56,368 nt of DNA from Gammaproteobacteria bacterium (GCA_013151355.1 JAADIL010000267.1:1-56368), one strand, 5' to 3'. Shown: positions 47,155-55,976, counted from the stretch's first letter. Notes: generated by a model not told the origin, from the sequence alone. Numbers and translations are program-made.

Positions 47155-49164
47155 TTACAAGGTTTTGCGGGTTGGTACGGCAGACATGTGCTGGCTCAGG
47201 CGTTTCTGCTCAAAGCCCAGTCGGTCTGCGTAAATGATGGTGAAAGCCAACACGCTTGTGACATATTCGCGCGTCTCCCGGAAGGGGATGTTTTCAATCC
47301 AGCGTTCGGCATCCAGGGTGGCTTCTGCGGGCAGCCAGCGCATGATGCGACTTTCTCCGGCGTTGTATGCAGCGGTGGCGAGCACGGTCTGCCCACCAAA
47401 GCGTTTCAGCATTTTACGCAGATAACGGGTGCCCAGGGACAGGTTGATGTCAGCTTGTGTGAGTTTGGATTTGCCGCGATATTTTTTGGGCAAAGAGCGG
47501 GAGATATATTTCGCTGTAGCGGGCATGAGTTGCATGAGCCCCAATGCGCCTTTGGGCGAGCGTGCATCCTGCACAAAGGCACTTTCCCGGCGGATGACAC
47601 CGTAAGTCCAGGCTGGATTGATGTCTTCACGTTCGGAATAATTGAGGATTTGTTCCTGAAACAGCAATGGAAAGCGCAAGGTAAGGTCATCACGCTGATT
47701 GGTGCTGGCCATGGTGAGAATGGATTGTTCGGCCCAACCCCAATGCTGCGCCAGTTTGGCAGCATCGACACGCTCGTCATTATTCATCTGTTGCGTTGCC
47801 GAGCGCCATTCGCGGCGAGCCTCGGTCGTGCGCCCCAAACGAACAAATTCGTGGGCGCGTTGCACGGCCGGTTGCTGACCAATGTCAAACAAGGTACCTG
47901 CACTGGTTTTGTGGGGACGGTCGGCAATGGCATAGGGTAGATTCAAACGGTCTGCGGATAAAAACCCGTAATAACTGCGCTGGCGAGCGAGGGCAGTGAA
48001 CCGCGTTGTGGCGACGACGTTTTCACCTAACTCTTCGTTGGCGCGTGCCCGCCAGTATTGCCAGCGGTCACTGGCTTGCTGTTTTGGCGTGAGTGCGTCC
48101 AGCGCAGTGAGTACGCGTGACCACTGGGCCTGACGCAGGGCGGTGCGCACTCGCCATTGGCGTGCAGTATCGCTGAGATGTTCATCGGGAATCATGGAAA
48201 ACCAGGCTTCTGACCCCGGTAATTGTTTACGTGCCAGAGAGATGGCCATTTGTTGCAGAACGTCGTATTGCTCGATCGTTGTTGCCGTGTGCTGTGTTTT
48301 GGGATCAAACCAGATTTTTGCCGCTTCCTGCGGGGCACGTCGGGCCAAACGTTTTACCACATTGATGAACAGGCGAGGGGCCATGTAGTGTGTGTTGCGG
48401 GCAATTTGCTGTTGATACCCGGGTAACAAGTGTGGTTTGCGATGTAATTTGATCCACAGGCGCGCCAGTTTTTGATCTTTGCCTGGCAGTGAGCGCAACA
48501 GGTAACGCGCCAGCGTGCGGCGGCCTTTGTTTAACGCCAGCTCCATGCGTTGCCATACCAGTTCGGTGGTGAGCTTGCCTGCGGTTTTCCAGTGTTTGAA
48601 TATGCGGTCGCAGGTACGTGGTCGTGAGCGACCGCTAAGCCACAGTTTTTTGATATCCGGGTATGCGGTTTCGGCTTGCCCCATGCGGATCAGTGCATAA
48701 AGATGATGACATTGTAAACGGATATTTTTCGTGGGAGTGTAAAAGTCCAGATAATGTTGCCAGCGCCCCTGACGTGCCAGTTGCCGTAGCAGTTTGTGGC
48801 GCAGTGAATGTGACATCGGCAAGCTTTGATATTGCTCAAGAAACGCGGAGATTTCTTTTACCGGGGTTTTGTGCAGGCGCTGTTTGATGTCCTGGTACTG
48901 AAGGTAGGGGTAGAGTGGATAGTCCGTGAGTGCAGGCAATAAACGGCGAAATTCAGATAGCCTCCGCAGGCGCAGCGCCTTTTCAGCAGCCAAAAACCGG
49001 GTACGTTGCCCGGCAAGTGCAGCGCTGTCGAAATTAACCACACGCTGTATAAAGTTGTCTTGCGCAGCGTTGTGCGGCACGGCCCACACCAGGGCAGGGC
49101 ACAGCACTGCAACAGCGAGACTGATGCGTAGCCACTTCATGCCAGGTGTAAAATATGGGTTCAC
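47155..49164 (-). CDS. slt: Soluble lytic murein transglycosylase Slt70
   Basis: It has a signal peptide, a long superhelical U-domain and a C-terminal SLT catalytic domain (..IRRESAF..ARSPKGALGLMQLMPATA..AAYNAG..). Confidence 0.9.
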   Translation of the reverse strand: MNPYFTPGMKWLRISLAVAVLCPALVWAVPHNAAQDNFIQRVVNFDSAALAGQRTRFLAAEKALRLRRLSEFRRLLPALTDYPLYPYLQYQDIKQRLHKTPVKEISAFLEQYQSLPMSHSLRHKLLRQLARQGRWQHYLDFYTPTKNIRLQCHHLYALIRMGQAETAYPDIKKLWLSGRSRPRTCDRIFKHWKTAGKLTTELVWQRMELALNKGRRTLARYLLRSLPGKDQKLARLWIKLHRKPHLLPGYQQQIARNTHYMAPRLFINVVKRLARRAPQEAAKIWFDPKTQHTATTIEQYDVLQQMAISLARKQLPGSEAWFSMIPDEHLSDTARQWRVRTALRQAQWSRVLTALDALTPKQQASDRWQYWRARANEELGENVVATTRFTALARQRSYYGFLSADRLNLPYAIADRPHKTSAGTLFDIGQQPAVQRAHEFVRLGRTTEARREWRSATQQMNNDERVDAAKLAQHWGWAEQSILTMASTNQRDDLTLRFPLLFQEQILNYSEREDINPAWTYGVIRRESAFVQDARSPKGALGLMQLMPATAKYISRSLPKKYRGKSKLTQADINLSLGTRYLRKMLKRFGGQTVLATAAYNAGESRIMRWLPAEATLDAERWIENIPFRETREYVTSVLAFTIIYADRLGFEQKRLSQHMSAVPTRKTL

Positions 49165-49411
49165 GTTGTTACTCTTCGCTTGCAGCTTTGCGGGCTGTTG
49201 TTTATAAAACCCTTAGCGGCCATTTCCCGGGGGGCATTGAGGCACTTGCCACAGGTATTCAACAAAATTGAATGATTTGCTCAAATGTTTCTACTTTTTA
49301 TTTGGCAGGTATTTGATTATGCTCAATTTTCAGTCAACAAACCAGACGAAAATTTCGCACGTTTTTTTTGCGCAGACCGACGTCACACAAGACCCGAGCG
49401 GAGGATTAAAT

Positions 49412-49648
49412 ATGAGTATGTATACACGCGGTGAACCTTACGAGCACACATTGAAAAGTGGTGAGACTGCCTATGTCTGCCAGTGCGGCCACAGCAACAC
49501 ACCGCCTTTTTGCGATGGTAGTCATACACAACATCCCGGCATGGAACCGTTGGCCCATACTGCCGCGAAGGATGAAACTGTGTACATCTGTGGTTGTGGC
49601 AAAACCGGTAATAAACCCTGGTGTGATGGCAGCCACACGGCGTCCTGA
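49412..49648 (+). CDS. CDGSH iron-sulfur domain protein (two CDGSH motifs)
   Basis: CQCGHSNTPPFCDGSH and CGCGKTGNKPWCDGSH are both present. The Met at 49412 has a GGAGGA Shine-Dalgarno sequence 7 nt upstream. The longer ORF from 49268 is unlikely. Confidence 0.8.
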   Translation: MSMYTRGEPYEHTLKSGETAYVCQCGHSNTPPFCDGSHTQHPGMEPLAHTAAKDETVYICGCGKTGNKPWCDGSHTAS

Positions 49649-49662
49649 CCATTTTACCAGCG

Positions 49663-50544
49663 ATGCAGGAGCTACTCGATAACCCTGCGATTCAGGCCGC
49701 TGCTGCTCCTTTTGTAGTGGCGCTGGTATTAGCACTGGTGCTGCGTCGTTTTTTACCCGGCGGGACCGGTCTGGCGATTATTGGCGGTTTTTTTGTCGCG
49801 GTGTGGTTAACCACCGGACTGACCTTGCAACCACTGACTTCCACGCGCAAGATTATTATTTGCAGTCTGACATTGCCCTTTGTGGTGCTGTTGCTGGAAT
49901 TTATCCCGGCAATGCCACGATCAATATGGCTAAAACGCATGTTTCGATTGTTGCCTGCGTTACTGCTGGCTGCTGCTGCCTTGTGGATTATCTGGCCTGT
50001 AGTACGGCGTCAGGAAGGTATGGCGATCTGGGTAATGGCCTCGCCGGTGATGCTGTATGCCGCTGTTATCATCTTCGGCACAGGTGCTTTGGGACGAATG
50101 CAAGAGAGGGCATTCAGTGCACAGGCTGCCAATGCGCTGGTGTTGGCAATGGGCACGGGAGTAACAACGCTGATTGCTGCGTCAGCATTGTACGGTCAGT
50201 TGGCTTTTGCTGTTTCAGCAGCGACTGGCGCGGTGATTGTTGCGGGATTATTGGGGTCGGCGGAAAAATCCGCCGGGCCAGGGCTGCTTGCGATGTACGC
50301 AGCAGCAGTGCCTGTGGCACTGCTTGCCGCAGCTGCGACAGTGTATGCACAGCTACCGGTGCTTGTCCTGCTGTGTCTGGCGCTGGTGCCACTGTTTGCC
50401 TGGTTGCTGTTGATCAAACCGGTCAGGCTGATCAAACTGCGGCAGCGCTGGCTGGAAATGATCGCAGCCAGCCTGTGGGTCAGTATTCCCGTGCTGCCAG
50501 CCATTTGGTTGGCCTGGCGTGCTGCGGGACCGGTGAGTTTTTAG
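49663..50544 (+). CDS. Polytopic inner-membrane protein of unknown function
   Basis: It has multiple Ala/Leu-rich hydrophobic segments. It lies 14 nt downstream of the CDGSH gene. Confidence 0.6.
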   Translation: MQELLDNPAIQAAAAPFVVALVLALVLRRFLPGGTGLAIIGGFFVAVWLTTGLTLQPLTSTRKIIICSLTLPFVVLLLEFIPAMPRSIWLKRMFRLLPALLLAAAALWIIWPVVRRQEGMAIWVMASPVMLYAAVIIFGTGALGRMQERAFSAQAANALVLAMGTGVTTLIAASALYGQLAFAVSAATGAVIVAGLLGSAEKSAGPGLLAMYAAAVPVALLAAAATVYAQLPVLVLLCLALVPLFAWLLLIKPVRLIKLRQRWLEMIAASLWVSIPVLPAIWLAWRAAGPVSF

Positions 50545-50665
50545 GCTGTGGGAAAATGTCGCTCCGGCAATTTACCGTGGCAGGAAAAATAAAGTGTAAC
50601 CAGGTGTAACTGAAAGTTGCACTTTTGATATTGCCATCCAGAATTTATAACCAGGGAGATCGACC

Positions 50666-51223
50666 ATGAAAAAAATAGTCATACTCGTTAGCGCACTGTT
50701 ATTGCCGGTGGGCAGCATGGCGGCGTCATATACCATTGACCCGAGCCATACCTACCCAAATTTCACCATTGACCATCTGGGGTTTTCGACATTACACGGG
50801 CGTTTTGGCAAAACCACTGGCAAGCTCAATCTGGATCAGGCCAAAGGTACCGGCTCGGTGGACATCGTGATTGACGTTGCTTCGGTTAATACAGGGTTTA
50901 AAAAACGTGATGACCACCTGCGCTCACCGGATTTTTTCAACGCCGTTGAATTCCCGGAAATTACCTTCAAGTCCACCAAAGTGACCTTTCAGGGTAAAGG
51001 AGCGACCGTAGTGGGGGACTTGACCATTATGGGCGTGACCAAATCTGTGAGCCTTGCGGTGGCCAGTATTAACTGTGGTGTACATCCGATCAACAAAAAA
51101 CAGGTTTGCGGTTTCGATGCTACTACCCGGCTGAAACGCTCGGATTTTGGCATTAAATATGCGCTGCCGGCCGTGGGTGACGATGTTAATCTGAGCATCG
51201 AAGTGGAAGCCATCAAAGACTGA
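50666..51223 (+). CDS. yceI: YceI-family periplasmic polyisoprenoid-binding protein
   Basis: It has a signal peptide and YceI motifs (YTIDPSHTYPNFTIDHLGFSTLHGRF.., ..KRDDHLRSPDFF..). Confidence 0.9.
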   Translation: MKKIVILVSALLLPVGSMAASYTIDPSHTYPNFTIDHLGFSTLHGRFGKTTGKLNLDQAKGTGSVDIVIDVASVNTGFKKRDDHLRSPDFFNAVEFPEITFKSTKVTFQGKGATVVGDLTIMGVTKSVSLAVASINCGVHPINKKQVCGFDATTRLKRSDFGIKYALPAVGDDVNLSIEVEAIKD

Positions 51224-51290
51224 CTCCTTCCTTGCGCCCCCGTTTTATTCTGCGCAGGGGGCACATTCTTGATTTAGGGTATGCTACGCA

Positions 51291-51429
51291 ATGTCATTAA
51301 GTTAAGCCAAACTTCCGGCCTGTTCCAGGTTGGCGATGAGCTTGCGAACCCCAATATCGTCGATTCCGTTGGGGTTCGCAAGCTCACCGCCAACCTGCGG
51401 TACGCCATTTTTTGTTAACTTAATGACAT
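51291..51429. mobile_element. 139-bp MITE-like palindromic element with flanking direct repeats
   Basis: The terminal inverted repeats are a perfect 15 bp (atgtcattaagttaa / ttaacttaatgacat). The internal inverted repeats are 27 bp (51328-51354 / 51369-51395) with 1 mismatch. The element is flanked by gggtatgctacgca and gggtatgctgcgcg. Confidence 0.55.
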
Positions 51430-51644
51430 GGGTATGCTGCGCGTTATTGGGCAACGCACTCCGTTGCCCGGCATTGATCAATTTTTTAGCACAAACCATA
51501 CTTAAGTTGCAAAAAAAAGAGTCGATAGAACGGTCAGGTCAGCATAGTATACGGAGAACCTCAGGTATAATTCGGGGCTAACCGACTTCGTTCGGCGTGG
51601 ATGCCGGGAAGTATTTATCAGAGATGCAATAGTGGAGAATCCGA

Positions 51645-51953
51645 ATGCCAGTTACATCTGAAGTTTCAGCAGATGGCAACACCATCACCATAAAGATTAG
51701 TGGTCGTTTCGATTTTGCGGGGCAGAATGAATTTCGCGACTGTTATTATAACACCAGTCCAGGCGAAAAAACGCAATTTATCGTTAATATGAGCGGTGCC
51801 AATTACATGGACAGTTCCGCACTGGGCATGCTGCTGATGATGCGGGAATATCTGGGCGGCAATGCGGCGAATATTTCCATTGTCAATTGTTCGCCAGACA
51901 TCAAAAATATTTTGACGGTGGCCAATTTCCAAAGCCTGTTTACTATGGATTAA
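51645..51953 (+). CDS. STAS-domain anti-sigma-factor antagonist (HsbA/SpoIIAA-like)
   Basis: It is 102 aa with a STAS fold signature, including the phosphorylatable-Ser region YMDSSALGMLL. Confidence 0.85.
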   Translation: MPVTSEVSADGNTITIKISGRFDFAGQNEFRDCYYNTSPGEKTQFIVNMSGANYMDSSALGMLLMMREYLGGNAANISIVNCSPDIKNILTVANFQSLFTMD

Positions 51954-52050
51954 CGCTGTGGCTTATGCGTCACTGTTTTTGTTGGGTTGATCGCGGCATT
52001 CGCCAAAACGTCCCGTAAACACATTATTTTGGCTGCAAATTATTCGTGTC

Positions 52051-53805
52051 ATGAACTCTTCCGCCAATGCAATCGATATGTCTGAAAACATGCCATTGAA
52101 CAGCAAAATGCCCACGGTGCTCATCGCGGATGACGATGTTCCAAACCGTCTGCTATTGCAGGCTATTCTTGAAAAACAGGGTTACCATGTTTTGCAGGCC
52201 GATGACGGTGTGCAGGCTGTTGATGTGTTTGCCCGCGAACATCCTGATCTGGTATTGATGGATATCAAAATGCCGAACATGGATGGTTACGAAGCCACAC
52301 GACGTATCAAGGCGATGAGCACTGATGCCTTCGTACCGGTAATTTTTTTGACGGCGACATCCGATAGTGAAGGTTTGGCCAGGTGTGTGGCATCTGGTGG
52401 CGATGATTTTTTTACAAAACCGTATAACCGAATTCTGTTGCAGGCGCGTATCGGCGCTTTGTTACGCATCCGCGAATTGTACAACACGGTGCAGTACCAG
52501 CGTAATGAGCTGGAAAACCATCAAAAACGGTTTGACCGTGAAAAACAACTGGCCAAACGCCTGTTCGTCAACATTATTGAAACAGGTTCGCTGGACTTAC
52601 CCTATGTGCAATCCATGTTGTCACCCATGTCACTTTTTTCGGGTGATATTTTGTTGGCCGCACCCAAACCATCCGGTGGGCTGCATGTATTATTGGGTGA
52701 CTTTACCGGACACGGTCTTGCCGCAGCGATAGGCGTGTTACCCGTTTCCAGTGTTTTTTACGGAATGACCACAAAAGGTTATTCCATTGCTGAAATCGTC
52801 ACCGAAATCAATACGAAATTAAAAATGATTTTACCGACGGACATGTTTTTGGCCGCGTGTGTTATTGACCTTAACCCTGGCAGCCATACTCTTTCTGTGT
52901 GGAACGGTGGTATACCACCTGTGGTGATTTATGGAGAAAAAGAGCAGAAAATCATACGCTCTCTGCCGCCACACCATTTGCCACTGGGTATTGCAAGTGA
53001 TGAAAGTTTTAGCCGACGTGTTGAAATGACAGAAATACGTCAGGATGATCGCATTTACATTCATTCTGATGGAATAACCGAAGCAACAAATCCCGATGGC
53101 CTCATGTTTGGTCGTCAGCGCCTGGAAAATATTTTTGTAAAAAATTCAAATTCTTCCGAACTGTTTGGCGAAATCAGTCATGAATTAATAAAATTTCAGG
53201 CGGGTGGGGCACAGCAAGATGATATGACGATGATTGAGTTACGGTACAATCAGCAACAACTGGAAGACACTGTTTTTCATGACAAGGCACAACAAATCAA
53301 ACGGGCGGAGCAGTTATCGTCCGAGTGGGATTTTTCCATGGGGCTCAGCGCAGATTTGTTGGGTTGTTTTGATCCGCTGCCATTACTTATCCAGTCTGTT
53401 TGTGACATGCAAGGTTTCCGTGGGCAGCGCCAACAGCTATATACCGTATTTTCGGAATTATTTACCAATGCGCTGGATCATGGCATTTTAAACCTTGATT
53501 CTACCCTGAAAGGAACTGCGGATGGCTTTGCAAAATATTATATGGAACGAGAGGCGCGGTTATTAAATCTTGCCGATGGCAGCATCAAAATTTATGTGGC
53601 GCACCGGCCTAATGCTGAAGGCGGGTTATTGACGATACGTGTTGAGGATACAGGTAGTGGGTTTGATTACCAGGAAAACCAGATTTCACTGGAAAGTAAT
53701 GTGGGACATTCGGGTCGGGGAATTCAATTGTTAAATACTATTTGTGAAAAAATTGAATATATGGGTAACGGAAATATAGTTGAAGCTACCTATCGTTGGC
53801 ACTGA
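52051..53805 (+). CDS. Fused response-regulator receiver / PP2C (SpoIIE-type) phosphatase / RsbW-type Ser kinase (HsbR-like)
   Basis: The REC domain has VLIADDDVPNR..DLVLMDIKMPNMDG. The PP2C domain has SGDILLA..LLGDFTGHGLAAA..IHSDGITEA..QQDDMTMIEL. The HATPase domain has ELFTNALDHG..VEDTGSGFD..GRGIQLL. Confidence 0.85.
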   Translation: MNSSANAIDMSENMPLNSKMPTVLIADDDVPNRLLLQAILEKQGYHVLQADDGVQAVDVFAREHPDLVLMDIKMPNMDGYEATRRIKAMSTDAFVPVIFLTATSDSEGLARCVASGGDDFFTKPYNRILLQARIGALLRIRELYNTVQYQRNELENHQKRFDREKQLAKRLFVNIIETGSLDLPYVQSMLSPMSLFSGDILLAAPKPSGGLHVLLGDFTGHGLAAAIGVLPVSSVFYGMTTKGYSIAEIVTEINTKLKMILPTDMFLAACVIDLNPGSHTLSVWNGGIPPVVIYGEKEQKIIRSLPPHHLPLGIASDESFSRRVEMTEIRQDDRIYIHSDGITEATNPDGLMFGRQRLENIFVKNSNSSELFGEISHELIKFQAGGAQQDDMTMIELRYNQQQLEDTVFHDKAQQIKRAEQLSSEWDFSMGLSADLLGCFDPLPLLIQSVCDMQGFRGQRQQLYTVFSELFTNALDHGILNLDSTLKGTADGFAKYYMEREARLLNLADGSIKIYVAHRPNAEGGLLTIRVEDTGSGFDYQENQISLESNVGHSGRGIQLLNTICEKIEYMGNGNIVEATYRWH

Positions 53806-53869
53806 TACTTTCCATAATCCAGCGGTTTTTTGAAAATAACACCCTGTTGACCTTCGTCAATTTCCATCC

Positions 53870-54085
53870 CTAAATGCCAAGTTGATCCAGAGCCCCACCG
53901 CGACGGTCACCATTAATGTATTCGGCATACTCGATGCGGCGCTCCACTATGTGGCGTCGATCTGCACTGACCAGGGTGCCATGACCGTCCACATAAGGGA
54001 AATCCAGCTGGCATTGCCAGCTACGACGGTCATTCCCGCTACGGCGGTCACCTGCCTGTCGTCTTTCCAGCTGGTTTTGTTGCAT
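53870..54085 (-). CDS. Hypothetical 71-aa protein rich in DRR/ERR motifs
   Basis: A GGAAGGGA Shine-Dalgarno-like sequence lies upstream. The motifs are repeated (GDRRSGNDRRS, ADRRHIVERR, GDRRGG). There is no recognisable domain. Confidence 0.4.
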   Translation of the reverse strand: MQQNQLERRQAGDRRSGNDRRSWQCQLDFPYVDGHGTLVSADRRHIVERRIEYAEYINGDRRGGALDQLGI

Positions 54086-54261
54086 TGCGGTATTCCCTTC
54101 CGATCACGCATTTTTATATTTGGCCCTCAACAGTTAAGCACAAAAAATGCCAATGTCATTAGTTTTTGTCGTTTACAGCAGGTTTTTATGCTGAATACGG
54201 AAAAATTGCAAAAGCCGGAAGAAAGTTACTTCACTGACGTTACGCACTCAAATAATGAAAT

Positions 54262-54468
54262 GTGAATTAAGGGCTAAATCCCCCTGTTTTCATGTGTATG
54301 CTGGCTGAGCCTGAATAATGAAAACCCAACGCGAAGACGCAGAGATCCACAGTATTTGAGATTTTTTATCGCTTTTGCTCGTTATTCTCATAGCCCTTCG
54401 CGTTCTCTGCGTCTTCGCGCCTTCGCGTTAGATTTTATTCAGTTGAATATTTTTAGCGCTTAATTCAC
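54262..54468. repeat. About 207-bp nested palindromic (MITE/REP-like) intergenic element
   Basis: The outer inverted repeat is 17 bp with 1 mismatch (54262-54278 / 54452-54468). The middle arms are ctgaataa / ttattcag. The inner inverted repeat is aacgcgaagacgcaga(ga) 54328-54345 against tctctgcgtcttcgcg 54404-54419. cttcgcg occurs three times. Confidence 0.55.
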
Positions 54469-54541
54469 ACCAAACCGATGACTGACGGTTTTTACGTGAC
54501 GCCACAACCCGCATTTTGACTGAAGCCTGAGTAACATCTAG

Positions 54542-55633
54542 TTACTTCAATAAAATGGCGTTAATTTCACCAAACCGGCGCAACCAGGGTGACCACTCAC
54601 GAAAAGATGCCGGTAAGGATTTACGTGTTTTTTCCGCAGCCTGGAAGCTCGAAAAGCTGCCATAGATCAGGTTGATCCACTCTTCGCCCTTTTTATCCTT
54701 GGATTTGAATTGCACCATGACTTGATCCAGCTGCCCGGAAGCTGCCAGCTTGAGTATCCAGTTGGCGTCCTTACTGCGCGCAAGCTGAATGGTGTAGTGG
54801 CCTCGCTGCTGTCCCTCTATCCATGCCAACCCCTTCGCCACCGGATTACTATGATAGGGCGCATGAGCGATGGCAGGGCCGGTGCTGGCTGTTTTTTCCT
54901 GAATAACAGGGCGGTTTTCCAGTAGAGCGAGCGATTCCGTGGCTTTTTCCACACCCTGACGTGCTGCGATGCGCCACCAGTATTTTGCTTCCTTGCGGTC
55001 CTGTTTAACGCCAAAACCCTCGGCATACATCCGACCGATATTATATTGTGCAAAGGAATAACCGGAGCTGGCAGATTCTTTGAACCAAAAGGCTGCGGCT
55101 TTTGGGTTGATATCTGCACCCAGACCGCTTTCGTACATCACTGCCAGGTTATTTTGCGCGATGGCATGGCCCTGATCTGCTGCCTTTCGGTACCACGAAA
55201 CTGCTGTTGTCATATTACGTTTTACGCCATTACCTGTGTGATACATCCAGGCCAATGCTGCCTGGGCTTTGGCGTAACCTTCGTTTGCCAGTGGTTTCCA
55301 GGCCTCGAATGCGATTTCGTATTGACCGAACATAAATGCCATACGCGCATTGTGATACAGCGTCTCCATCAAATTTTCCGGAAAAGCTTCTTCATCAATT
55401 TCGTTTTCATCGCAGAAATCAACGTCGGCATACGGTGAGTATTCTTCTTCAAACTGGCCTGCGTCAGATGAAGCATTTATCTCTGCCGTTGCCATTTGAT
55501 TAAACAGCAAACCGAACATGGCCAGGGCCACATGCCAGATAGAGCAGTGGGTAATATTGTGAGAGAGCATCAAAGGTGTATTTGGGTTGCAGTTATTTTG
55601 AATTAAAGGAAGCCGTATCCACTGAAGCGGCAT
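54542..55633 (-). CDS. Sel1-repeat protein with a C-terminal SPOR (septal peptidoglycan-binding) domain
   Basis: It has Sel1 units (GYAKAQAALAWMYHTGNGV..AVSWYRKAADQGHAIAQNNLAVMYESG..). The C-terminus is DamX-like (HYTIQLARSKD..WINLIYGSFSSFQAAEKTRKSLP..SPWLRRFGEI). The start may instead be the Met at 55570. Confidence 0.8.
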   Translation of the reverse strand: MPLQWIRLPLIQNNCNPNTPLMLSHNITHCSIWHVALAMFGLLFNQMATAEINASSDAGQFEEEYSPYADVDFCDENEIDEEAFPENLMETLYHNARMAFMFGQYEIAFEAWKPLANEGYAKAQAALAWMYHTGNGVKRNMTTAVSWYRKAADQGHAIAQNNLAVMYESGLGADINPKAAAFWFKESASSGYSFAQYNIGRMYAEGFGVKQDRKEAKYWWRIAARQGVEKATESLALLENRPVIQEKTASTGPAIAHAPYHSNPVAKGLAWIEGQQRGHYTIQLARSKDANWILKLAASGQLDQVMVQFKSKDKKGEEWINLIYGSFSSFQAAEKTRKSLPASFREWSPWLRRFGEINAILLK

Positions 55634-55803
55634 TTCTGTACAGGTCTTTAATCTGGCGGGAGTCGACGGACCCGGGTTTTCTACAACACCAAAATTATGG
55701 CACCCTGTGGCACACCCGTCAGAGTACTACAGACTGGCAAGAAAGACAGGCCGCTGTAGCAGCACACAGGGAAAATACACAGCCTGTCGGGGTTGTTCAG
55801 GGT

Positions 55804-55832
55804 TTGAGTCAGTTGCGATATTTCATTATATT
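55804..55832 (+). promoter_or_regulatory. Candidate sigma70 promoter
   Basis: It has a -35 TTGAGT (55804-55809), a 17-bp spacer and a -10 TATATT (55827-55832). It points toward the orphan terminator at 55949-55976. Confidence 0.3.
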
Positions 55833-55948
55833 TGTCACTGCATGGATCAATGAGCAACAAATCTGGTGCATCCTTGTCTGGTTCGATATTTTGGTTCGTC
55901 AGAGGGAATAAAAAATGCCAATAAAAAGGTGCTGACGATCCAATACCT

Positions 55949-55976
55949 GCCCCGTACCCATAGCGGGGTTTTTTTT
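55949..55976 (+). terminator. Orphan rho-independent terminator
   Basis: A gccccg / cggggt stem with a 9-nt loop is followed by T8. No protein-coding gene lies upstream on this strand. Confidence 0.5.

Noticed and set aside
49803-50609. A 268-aa Cys/Gly-rich ORF overlapping the membrane-protein gene in another frame.
   Set aside because: This is a typical GC-rich alternate-frame artefact. The in-frame polytopic membrane protein (49663-50544) is the coherent reading.
51302-51499. A 65-aa minus-strand ORF.
   Set aside because: It is laid across a 27-bp near-perfect inverted repeat nested inside 15-bp terminal inverted repeats. The palindromic element explains the sequence better than a coding gene does.
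55880-55899. GGTTCG motifs resembling tRNA T-loops.
   Set aside because: No acceptor stem, anticodon arm or complementary T-stem can be drawn around them.
55640-55976. A CsrB/RsmY/RsmZ-like sponge RNA, suggested by several GGA motifs upstream of the orphan terminator.
   Set aside because: The number of GGA triplets is about what chance predicts for this length. They are not consistently placed in hairpin loops.
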